From NCBI RefSeq assembly GCF_963853765.1, contig NC_088858.1, forward strand, positions 47,244,001 to 47,308,000: a stretch of 64,000 nt of DNA, given 5' to 3'. The notes under the pieces were generated by a model. It did no database searches. It was not told the origin of the DNA and saw only the letters and a program-made list of their open reading frames with translations. Positions 13,001 through 23,931 of the stretch are shown here, piece after piece. The position numbers and the translations under genes are program-made. The first letter of the stretch is position 1. Every line of letters starts with the position of its first letter. The stretch is from Magallana gigas. Its lineage: Eukaryota.

Positions 13001-16000
13001 TATTATTTATTTCTTTAGGGATGACGTTAATTCTACGGCGAACTGTACGGACATATTTTACACGCATGAAACAATTCGTTGTGTTACCTGTTGCCATGTC
13101 TGTTGCTAACGTTTAGGGAAATAGAACCGATTATAAACTGCGTTTAAACTAATCAAATTTAAGTATTTAACGTAAAAAAAATTAATTATGCTAATTGACG
13201 ACCAATATGCATGCAGGTATTATTTCTGATGTTTGGGGTAAGGTATTTGTGATCTGTAATGAATTGTTTTGTTTGATCAGAAACATTTGAATAAGTTAAA
13301 TACCAATCGTTTCCTTTATTGTTTGGAACAACTTTAACTTGTAAGACAAAACGTTCAGTAAAAACAATATAAAACAAGTGATTTCTAATTGTATTAAGTT
13401 ACACCATTGGAGTGTAATTAGATAGTTCAATAAAACAATCGAAATAGCAACTGGGACCATCGTAGGGACATAAGGTTTCAAAAGAGAAAATAAAGTTTTA
13501 TTTTTGATTATGGACAATTATGCACAATAACCATTTCAGAATAGCAAGCACCTGATAAAGGGTTACCTAGAAAGGTTTCTGTGTCTCCTGAAGAATGAAG
13601 ACTTTGATTGGGATGGTGGTTGGATAACAACAGCAGGGGTCGATTTCTGCAATAATCTCATCAAGTCATCCGGGTAAATGTTTCAATGATTTATTGAAAC
13701 ACAAATAATATATCCTATTCATTGCGTTTACGTAATTCGCACTTGAAAGAAAATAATCTCTGTTAATAAGCTACAATGGATGTTTGATCTTACAATCACT
13801 TAAAGAATTTTTTGCCGTTGTTAAAATATACAAATTAGAATATTTGTTAACTGAAAATGAAAGCAGTATTAAAAATCTTAAAAGTTGGAAAATTAATACT
13901 AACCTTTATTTCAGTGGTGATGAGGTGCGTGACTTGGAAATGGACGAGGCGTTCATACAGGTGTTCCTGTTCTGTCTGTCTGAGGACAGAGAATACATCA
14001 GTCTTCAAAGACAGCATCCAAACATATTTGGATTGGTAGCAGTGGCTGGACTTCCACAATACACCAATCTGGTGAGGAGAAACACTTACTATCATTAAAT
14101 TTTAATTTTAACATCCTAACTGCCCTCTTTAATAGGACTTTCCACATATCATGTAGACTCTTAATACAAAAAGTACATTTAGTAACCACCTTAAAACAAT
14201 GTACAATTAATTATTAAAGTGCCGAATCACTGGCTGTGACTCTTTCTTTAAAAAGTGTCATTTGCTAAGGATTCTGTGAATAAGCTGTATTAAATGCATA
14301 GGGAACGCACGTGCATATTTTTCTAGATCTTATTACGTTATGAGGCATAATAACTAATATTGGCTTCAGAACCACTTGTTAATCAAAAAAGGACCGTAAC
14401 CTCATCAAAGTTCAAATAAGGAAATTTTGGAAAATAGTTTTTTTTTCTAATATTATCTATAACTTATTTGGCATATACATATTGTATATAAAAATCATCA
14501 CTTAATAAGATAGATATTTATGTTCTTATATGAAGAACAAGCAGATTGTGTGGAATCATAGAACCAATTATAATATCAAATACCCTTTCCCGGGTCGATA
14601 AAACTTCTTATCTAATTTCAATTTTTAAAAATGAAATTCAATCAAGGGGATTCAATCAAAGAGTGCACTCACTTCTCTTGCCTTAAACAAATGTCTTTTT
14701 CTTAATTTACAGCACACCGGGAAGACAACTATAGGACGGCTGAAGCCTTTGTTTCCCCACATCCAGCGTTTGATGGATGATGACGACGAAATGATAAAGA
14801 CAGTTATGAGAACAGTTACAAGGATCCTTGGGGAAGAGGTGACCCAGATAATGGACACTCAAGGCATGGAAAATCTCATTAGTCTGTATATCAAAGAGAG
14901 GGACCTTGCCACACTTGGTAAGTGACATTGGTCTCAAAAACAGCGAATACCTGTTTTAATTTGGTATTTAAAATAAGCCGGATCATCAATTAGGCTGGTC
15001 CTTCGTGCTTGACCTACATTAATGGCATTAGTATTTCACACCTACTTAAAGAATAAGGAATCAATTTTTGAATTATGAGATGATCAAATACGGTTTGGGT
15101 GATAAAATCCTATAAAACCCTACTTTTGATCACCCCAATCGCATATGATCATCTCATTATATTCATTCAAAGAATGATTCCTTATTATTCATATTTATAT
15201 AATTTTCAGCTACTGTTCATTTAAACATTAACTCATTGACTATTTACGGTATTTTCATTTTGTAAAATAATGCAAACCTCGTCTTGTACCCCACCCGCTT
15301 CATTGATGGATTGCATTCTACTATATGTCAAAAAATTGATTTGTTGAGTTGTAGAGTACGACAAAATAAAACACTTAAAAAATGTAAAATATTTTGTGAC
15401 AACAGCCAGTATAAAAAATTTTGTCGTCCAATCACACTGGATAATCATAAAGGACAGTGATATTGATATAAAGGAGAAAGATCTTACTTAATCTTGGGAG
15501 ATCCTATGATATGTGCTTGTGATACCATATTGTTTACGACGAGTGTAACGATGCCAGATTTGATAAGAAAAACAATTAACCGGAGACCAAAACTGAGCGT
15601 GTTCTAAAGGACGTTGTTAGGAACATATTAACATACATTTAATTTGTTTCATTTGATGAGCTATTTTTACATGTCTAAGTTACTGTAATCAATGACATGT
15701 GCTCAATTTAAAAGAATATTCATCAATTAAGATGGATATTTTTTCTCTTCTTTTTCGCAAGTATGGTCTATAATGACTTAAATAGTCATCTTTGTTAGAC
15801 ATGATAATGTTTATTATTCTAAATTATTTGAAATTTAATAACCCTTTTGTTTATTTTTAATGAATTCAATTAATCCATATTACACCTGTATCGATAAAAG
15901 TTTTGAACAAAGTTATGTCATTAAGTTTGTTTCAGCATCTTTTAGAAAAGAAATTCCATTAGTTGAAAAAAAAATGAATTTAAAGGGATTTGGACACGAT

Positions 16001-19000
16001 TTGACTTTAAATTTTCAAATTTTATTTTCCCATTTTTAATGTTTATACTGATAAATATAGAAGTTTACAATGCTATGTCAAAATTTGAAAGTCAAATATC
16101 AAGTTATAAGCAAGATACAGAGTTCATAATTCTTTGTTTTGTAAAAAAAGCTCGAAAATGTCAATTTTTACAAATGTATTGTATTGGTGTAAGTTTCAAT
16201 CAAATGTATCTTTCTTTTGTTGAAAATAGTATTTATAAAGATATTGAAATAGTTTTAATTGTTTTTTGCATGTCATTTTGTCTACGAAATGGTAATTCTC
16301 TACATTACATTTTTGTAAACAACTATAAGACTCGAGCTTTGTTTACATAACAACCAATTCTTACCTCTGTATCTCGCTTGTAACTTACCTTTAACATTCA
16401 ATATTTTGGTCAATCATTTAAAATGCAGCAGTTAACCATTTTATACATAAAAAATAAAAATAAAATTTTTGATCTCAAATCGTGTCCAAGTCCCTTTAAA
16501 AATGAATCATGGGGGTCAAATTCTCTGATTGTTCTCATGGACGAAGACAATAATCTGAGCAAAATCGGAGTTTTATTGGGACCCTTAGTTAATTCCCTAA
16601 CCTCTGTTCACACTAGACGTTCCTTGTATTCTGTTTTAGATGCTATATCTTCTGCGTACGAGTGTCACTCTGAGGCACTAGCTTCCCATTTTCTGCCTTT
16701 GCTTAAAGCTAGTACACAGAAAACTCAAACCAATGAAATAGTGATGCAGACAATGTTCCTGAAGAAAGTTGCTGAAAAACAACCAGAGGTATGCTGGTCA
16801 TTTAGATATTATGTATCATAACTTTAGAAATTTATTTTATCGGTTTATAGTAAAAATGAGGGATTCAAAGCTTGAAGATTAAAGATTAAAGAAATGGTAA
16901 ATGAATGGTTTTTTCATCGTTATAAAAAATATTAGTACAGGCAATGCTATAAAAATATTTGTGTCTTAAAATTATTCAATTTGTAGTTATTTACAAAAGA
17001 AGCTCTTGAGCTCATTTTCAAACATCACTTCATGGAAAAAAATGCCAACCCTCAAGTCCTTATGGTACTGGATGTTGTATCCAAATCACACGCTGAAAAC
17101 CTGGAACCTTTTGTCGAGAGTCATCTGATGAAGACTGATTTGATGATGGAACTTATGGCTCATTATCAGTTCAACATTTTAATCCGGATAGCAGAAAAAT
17201 GCAATGTATATCTACAGTATAATTGTTGCATATCTAGATTTATCTAGAATAAGAAATGAGTTTTGTTTTATCATTTTTAAAATTTAAAAATAAGGTTATA
17301 GAAATATCTTTCAACCATTGAACTTTTACTGCGAGAGGAAATAAAATTGTTTATTCATTTTGATTGTAGGATAAGCAAAGCTTAGTATATTCCTATTTGA
17401 TGAAACGTCTACATGAATCAAATATTGAGCAAGTTCTAATTGCAAGTATACAAGGATTGCGGGAAATGCATTCAGTCTTTGGAACAGATATATTTACTCA
17501 AAAAGATAAGATGTATATAGAGAAGATCAAGGAGAAAGGGGCTTCTAAAACTGTAACTGACCTGGTGGAAAATCTATTGAATGAGCTGGAGGGTAGGAGG
17601 TGTGTGCCTTTGTTTCTGTGTCTGAAATATGAAAGGAACTTAGATTTGTACCTACGCAGGCTTCCAAATGAATTGTATTTTTAAGTTTTTATCATAGGTT
17701 TTAAGATCATAGTTCCTATATTCTAATACAATTAAATTGGTATTGTCGTTACCGACATGAACACATTCAAGATCAAGTTTTCACAATTCTAATTTTTTTT
17801 ATCAGTAGGCCAATGTTTTAAAAAATCTTTTTGATCTTAGCATAGCAAAAGTATCTAAAGACGTTGAAGAGCACTCTGGACAAATTGAAAAGCTAGAGAT
17901 TGGAGTAGCGGGGACAAAGGTGGTGCTTAAAAAGGTCCATAGAGATGTCAAAGAACAGGGGAAGGAGATTGAGGGAGTTAAACAGGGACTTGGAGAAGTC
18001 AACACACGAGTGGACGAGGTGGAGATGGATGTAGCAGATACCAAGGAAAGGGTGGAGGAAGTGGATAAAAAGGTAGGAGATACAGTACAATTATACATTG
18101 TTCTTAAATACTTAATTCACATTTGAGTCATTATATCAAATCGTATCCTTTGAGTAGATCTATAATCACTGTGTACCTGTAAAAAAGTAAATCATTTGTG
18201 TTTCATTTTATACTAAAAAATTGTTATTCAGATTAATCTTATATCATCTCACTTGTATTACAGACAATGAGTAATGCTCCAATTTGGTCTCGTGATGTCA
18301 CGAAACTACTGAACCCAGAATCTGAACATGATTGGCGGCTTTTGGCCAGTCGCCTTGGTTACAGTCCTGATGACATCAGAGGGTGGGCTACCCAATCAGA
18401 TCCCTGCATGGCTCTCTTGAGTGAATGGTATGCAACGCACAGAACGTTTGAGGCATCAAGAGGAGTGTTGACAATTTTGCAGGAAATGAATAGATTGGAT
18501 GCTGCCATTATTGTTGAGAATGCAATGAAAGCTGCGGGTGAATAAAGTCTTTATAATACAATGCAAATCATTGCGATTTTTAAAATTAAGAATTGCTTCA
18601 TGTATCCCCTAATTCAAATCAAAATAGTATGGTGGCATATTTTTGATCGTGCTATTTTTGTGTCAAATATGTCAATTTGCAAGATAAATATGTTGACATG
18701 CAAAATAGTTAAGTCAACATGCTAATCAATTAAGAATTATTTTAAAAAATCTTCAAAAATCTCAAATATCCTGACATGGTACATACTACAAGCAAGATGC
18801 TACTAATTTATTTAAACCTGCAAATATTTTATGTTCTCATGTGAAATCAATATGTTGGCAAGCCAGTTATTTATGTCACATTCAACTTAGTTATGTTGAC
18901 ATGTTACTTATTTATGTCAATATGCAACTTATGTTGGCATGCATCTTATTTATGTTGACATGCAACATAAATATGTTGACATAAAACTTATTTGTGTCAA

Positions 19001-21171
19001 CATACGACTTAATTATGTTTAAATACAAGTTTTGTGTTGCATGTCAGCATTAATAAGAAGCACTTCAACATTCTTTTCTTTTTGCCTGCCAACATAATTA
19101 AATTGCATGTCGAAATAGTGGCATCAAGCATGTTGTAAGTTACATGTAGACAACGTTGAATTTTTATTTTTAAGATTTAAAACAATGTTGATCTTATTTT
19201 TAATATCTTTCATGTGAACATATTTATGTTGCATGTTAAAATAACTATCTAGCATGTCAACAGATTATCTTGCATGTCGACATTTATTTGCACGAAGGAA
19301 GAAGAAATATGCGACCACAAATTAATACATAGATTTTTTGATTTTTTATGATATGCATGTTTTTGTGCAGAGGGGGTTGTGACTGATGATCCAGTGGATT
19401 ACCCAGAACCCCCTGAAATTTTTTTAGTTATCAGTGGGGTCACCAGAACGAGGTCAAGCTGATCTGTCGTCACCTGGAGATGGCGGGGTATAAATGCTGG
19501 ATGGACATCGGTCAAATGGGGGGCGGGGATAAGTTATTTGAGAAGATTGATTCAGGGATAAGGGCAGCTAAAATAGTGATATCATGTGTCACAGAAAAAT
19601 ATGCTAAATCGCCCAACTGTAACAGAGAGGTAAGAGTTTGTGAGGAAATATTTATTTGTCGTAAATAAGATTGTTTATACCAGAGAAAAGACTAATGCTT
19701 AAAATTGATTTGTATTAACAATGTTTACAGTAATGAACTTGGCAAAAAATTACGATTCTCTTTTTTTTTTCTCAGAAAATTTGAAATTAAAATGTAGATC
19801 ATGTAAAATAATGTCATAAATGATATAAAAATATAAAATGATATAAAAATAATATTTAAGGTTATTCCAGGTCAATTTGTCTGTAAACCTTGGTAAGCCA
19901 ATGATTCCTTTGTTGATGGAAAAGATGGCTTGGCCTCCTGCAGGTTCCATGGGGCCAATTTTCAGCGAATACCTGTTTATTCGTTTCTTTCAACGACCAG
20001 GAGAGGAAACCAATGACGACCGAATCTGGCCAGCTGCCAAGTTCACTGAACTGTTAATGCAAATGAATTGTCTGAAAATCATGCCAGATGAAGAGAATAT
20101 TGCAACAAGTAACAAAGCCTTATTTTCTAAGAAAACACAATGTTTGAAAATATATTTGTATTTTATAGTGAAATTAAATCCTTTTCAATTGTCAATATGT
20201 TAATTTGGTTTTGAGCAGACACCATGGTTTACTTTATTTTCATGAACAGTGTATAAGAATTGGTGGATGCCTGTTGTTGAAGAGATCGTCATTCCAAAAA
20301 GAAATGAGAAAAAGGGAGAGAACAAAGCAGCTTCATCTGGCCAGGAAAACGTAAATGTAGATTTGACCTTTTTCACACAATCCAGCAAATTTACATCTAT
20401 TGCTATATTATAAGAAAAGTATCATCTTTTTGATTGCCCGAAAGATTTCATTTTCTGATGACAGTTCATTACGTTGTTTTTCAGAGAGAGTCACAGGTTG
20501 TTTCCCCTGACGTGTTTATATCATACCAGTGGGGGAAGCAAAAGGAAATCATTGCCTTGTTCCAAAGACTGACCAGTCTGGGCTTCACTTGTTGGTTGGA
20601 CATACGTCAGATGGGAGGAGGAGACTCTCTGTATGACAAGATTGACCGAGGGGTCAGAGGTTGCAAGGTCATGCTGTCGTCAGTGACAACCAAGTATGCT
20701 CTGTCTGCCAACTGTAGGAGAGAGGTCAGCCTGGCTGATGCTTTAAAGAAACCCATCATCCCTTTGTTAATGGAGAAAATAGACTGGCCCCCAACTGGAC
20801 CAATGAGCATGGTTCTTACGCAGTTACTTTACGTTAATTTTTCAAAGGACGAATCTATTCAGTTATCCTGGGAAGGAAAGTATTTTGATGAACTATTGTC
20901 GAAAATTAAGCAACACGTTCCAACTGCTAAAATTGAAGAAATCCAAACAAATAGTAGCAAACAAGAAAAGAACACAAAGGACGAAAAGTCTGTAACAAAC
21001 GGAAATGATCAAAAGCAGAGAAAACAGGAAACTGAAAAGCCCAGTTATCCAGAGCAGGAGCAACCTCGAGTGAATGAGAGCTCCACCAAAAATTCAGCAA
21101 ATACTGTACATAATGAAGACCAACAAAGTCAAGTTGACAAAAAGAAGTCGTCAACTTGTTCAATTTTATAA
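7010..21171 (+). CDS. Gene A: helical (ARM/HEAT-like) N-terminus + coiled coil + Death + TIR_2 + TIR_2 + CaaX, about 1450 aa; 1-nt frameshift in exon 19 as assembled
   Basis: Exons 7010-7245, 7362-7503, 7709-7845, 9015-9180, 9527-9660, 9779-9923, 10405-10532, 10713-10839, 11574-11701, 12340-12469, 13540-13673, 13915-14071, 14713-14917, 16640-16788 (possibly longer originally), 16987-17205, 17370-17599, 17841-18072, 18264-18537 (Death, DWRLLASRLGY), 19371-19629, 19871-20108 (TIR1), 20250-20350, 20485-21171 (TIR2, FISYQWG..WLDIRQMGGGD..SANCRREV; ends CSIL*). All are GT-AG and phase-compatible, except that exon 19 is 259 nt against 260 nt in copy B. Confidence 0.88.
10050..10390. mobile_element. 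Non-autonomous repeat insertion in gene A intron 6 (family uncertain)
   Basis: Absent from the homologous intron of gene B; internal direct and inverted copies of ATCGTATAAA. Confidence 0.5.
10863..11340 (+). mobile_element. Truncated TTAA-site MITE (Kolobok-like)
   Basis: Starts TTAA|AGGGACTTAGACATGATTTGAG, similar to the elements at 11724 and 15985; right TIR not found; absent in gene B. Confidence 0.7.
11724..12204. mobile_element. Complete 481-bp MITE with TTAA TSD (Kolobok-like)
   Basis: TIRs AGGGGCATAGTCACGATTTT / AAAATCGTGACCATGCCCCT; TTAA at 11720-11723 and 12205-12208; gene B intron 9 lacks it. RR...YY termini with a TTAA TSD fit Kolobok rather than piggyBac. Confidence 0.88.
12526..12746. 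mobile_element. Short MITE with TACT(G/T)T...AC(A/G)GTA termini
   Basis: Termini resemble those of the 60610-60831 element; CGCG-rich interior; absent in gene B. Confidence 0.55.
15052..15186. repeat. Imperfect fold-back mini-element
   Basis: Arms AATAAGGAATCA..TGAGATGATCA..GGGTGAT and ATCACCCC..TGATCATCTCA..TGATTCCTTATT. Confidence 0.7.
15985..16495. mobile_element. Complete 511-bp MITE with TTAA TSD (Kolobok-like), apparently inside the ancestral exon 14 of gene A
   Basis: TIRs AGGGATTTGGACACGATTTGA / TCAAATCGTGTCCAAGTCCCT; TTAA at 15981-15984 and 16496-16499. Confidence 0.9.
18628..19320. mobile_element. TATGGTGGCATA-terminal element with internal TATGTTGACATGCAA subrepeats
   Basis: Left terminus TATGGTGGCATA; degenerate right terminus; only the 3' end survives in gene B (about 38470-38545); same termini as 32007-32304. 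Confidence 0.7.
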
Positions 21172-21575
21172 TGCTTTAATATTTAATAAGAAATAATAAC
21201 TCAAACAGGATAACAAATTATATTCAAATATTTTTTTACCATATATCGCTAATTTAAAATCATGCAAATAGGGTAAGGGCCATGTTATGGCTGAACTTAG
21301 TGAGTGTTGCATGTTATGTTGAATCTAGACAAGGGACACATTAGAAATGTTTAAAATACAAAATGTTTTCTTGTATTTGAATTACCACATGTGATAAAAA
21401 TTATTTCAACCGTTACTTTGTTATCTTGAAAATAGTGCGAGCTTTATATGTAAAGAATTCTAAAGATTATCTGAAATTTACCAAAAATTGGCACTAAAAA
21501 TAATTGCCCCAATGATAAATGAAAAGATAGAAATTATATTTATAAAATAGTAAAGTAATTTTGTCTAAAGTATCA

Positions 21576-22060
21576 AATTGGTCTAGTAGTCAACAGTTAA
21601 TTTTTTTCTTTCATGCATACTCTTTAAATTGATTTACATTAATTTTAGTAAAACAAAATGCCTATTAAGTGGTATATCACATTTGTGGTGTCAGATAAAA
21701 GAAGTTCCTTCTCAAATGCACTAAAATCAAATCAGTTTAACGAGAAACGTAAACTATCATTTGTATGCCTTGTTTTGAAACATTTTAAGAAGCGTTCTAT
21801 TGTAAAAAGACAATCTACTTATTAACAAGCAATGTATACTTTAATTATTATGTTTTGTCTTAAACATTTTTAAAAAACATTCATCGTGGCTTTTTCCAAA
21901 AAAATTATCATATCTTTATTTCACAAAAGCTAGAAATATCTAGAAGGAGAAACACATGTTCATACATCGATTATTTGGATAAACTTTTTTCACAAATATA
22001 TCGAAAAGCAGTGGAACAATGAATGTCTACAAATCCATAGTGTTTATTAGGATCTAGCCC
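21576..22060 (-). pseudogene. Remnant of a second lectin copy (last about 30 codons plus 3' flank), homologous to 1-430
   Basis: Reverse strand reads GLDPNKHYGFVDIHCSTAFRYICEK; the stop codon is lost and similarity ends abruptly at about 22060; the flank aligns with window positions 1-350. Confidence 0.85.
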
Positions 22061-23931
22061 TCATGCTGTTTAAACGGAACCTGTTGAAATGTACGACATT
22101 CAAACACTTTTCATCTTCATTTTATTCTTTTTTTTCATCAGGCTCATAAGTATTTATTTTAGCAGTCTAGCTCAGCAAGTGTGCGACTATTTTTTGATCT
22201 GTGATGTATATTTTATTTTTCATGCCTTTTGTTTAACAACCCCATTCCCCTTTGAAACAAATCTTCCTTTAATCATAACAATTTTTTTTATCAATTCCCA
22301 ACGCCCTACAATGAGCCGTGTAGTTTTCATTATATCAATGGAGAATATATGTTCATTAATTCAACATTTTACAAAGAACTGAATAAATTCAAAAATATAC
22401 GGGTCGTATGAAAATAAGAGCAATGCCTTGCGTAAAGTCAGGCGCAAGAAGTTCGATGCAATGTTTTTGGGGGGTTTTTTACATCAAATTTAATATACTT
22501 TCTTATTGACATACGAGTTGCTTTTATTATTTTTAGGAAAAGGACTAGAAGGATTCCGAGGCATGCATCGGATTTTAAGGAATTTTAAATCCATGTATAT
22601 ATTTCCATACATAAGAATGAAAATAAACTATGAACTATCACAAGTTTAAAACTCATAGTTAATGCATTACATTTGCATCTAAAAAGTGATACATGTATGA
22701 TATTGAAAAACATTGTTTTTGCCTGGTGTGTTAAATGATGTAAATATGAATATTTCTAAAAATATTGAATGCAATACTACATACTCATTGTCTATGCTTT
22801 ACAAAATAAATCATCTTTTCATTCGTTGTTATCTTTTTACTTATTTTTTCTGTGACATACAGGAAAATTGGAATCTTTCAGGTTTACATTTTAGCAATAC
22901 CATTTGGTATTTTATTACACTTAAAAAGTATGGGCAGGATCTTGCATTTAATCATTTAATCTCTGTGAAGTATATAAATATCGTTTTCCTTTTAGTTCTT
23001 GCACTTTAAGAACAAAATGTAAATTCATAGCTGAACAATTTTGACCTACACACCTGAATGATTAGATAGACTTTTAAAGATGAAAATAAATTGCAGATAC
23101 CAAATAGTGCAGTTTCACGTTGTTTTCCCCTGCAATGAAAAAAAAGTATATGGAGAAAATCAATACACGTCTGATAGAACTGGGATCACATCCTGAAAAC
23201 AAAATGAAGAATTCTGATCGATAAAGTTGGTAACTATTTTGTTCACGGTTGGATGAGTAAAACGTACTAAAGGGACACCCATGTGCTGGTGGTTTTGAAT
23301 AGATGTAAGTGTAAGTTATCGTTGTTTAGTCTTTAATTTACCAGCTGTTGAATGGTCAAGTTTAAACCCGAGAAATATAAGTGGTTTATAAGACTTCAAG
23401 ACTTATGTGTGGGTGTCAGAACCTGGTATCTCCATAAACGGAAAGTGACACATGGAAATGGATCCGAAGCATTAGATGATGTGTAAACAATAAGGTACGT
23501 ACAATGTTCTCTCACAATTATTTAAGTGTATTGATGATAATATCCCCTCTAAACTAGAGTTTAAAGCATTGATTTGAAACAACGAGTACATAATGAATAA
23601 ATAAATTCTTTTCTGTTGTTGATTGCTTCTAATAAAGACTTAAAGAATCAGACATTTCCATGTTCTGCTGGCCATGAAGACTGGTATCAGTGTTAAGGGA
23701 GGGTGTAATACCAAGTAGAAGCTACAGGTAATTTGTTATTGCATGTCACGATGGATATTTAAATGTCTTGGGTAATTATGTAGAAAATGTTAAATGTTTT
23801 ATTGAATATATGAAAATTTTATGAGTTTATTTTATTATGTTTTTTGAAATTTTTTGATGTAAGAGGGACCTTTCTCAAGTTATGTGTAAAATTGAGGAAA
23901 TTTTATTTCAAATTATTACAGTTGAATTGTA

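Noticed and set aside
16039-16350. 103-aa ORF
   Set aside because: Lies wholly inside the AT-rich MITE; no transposase motifs
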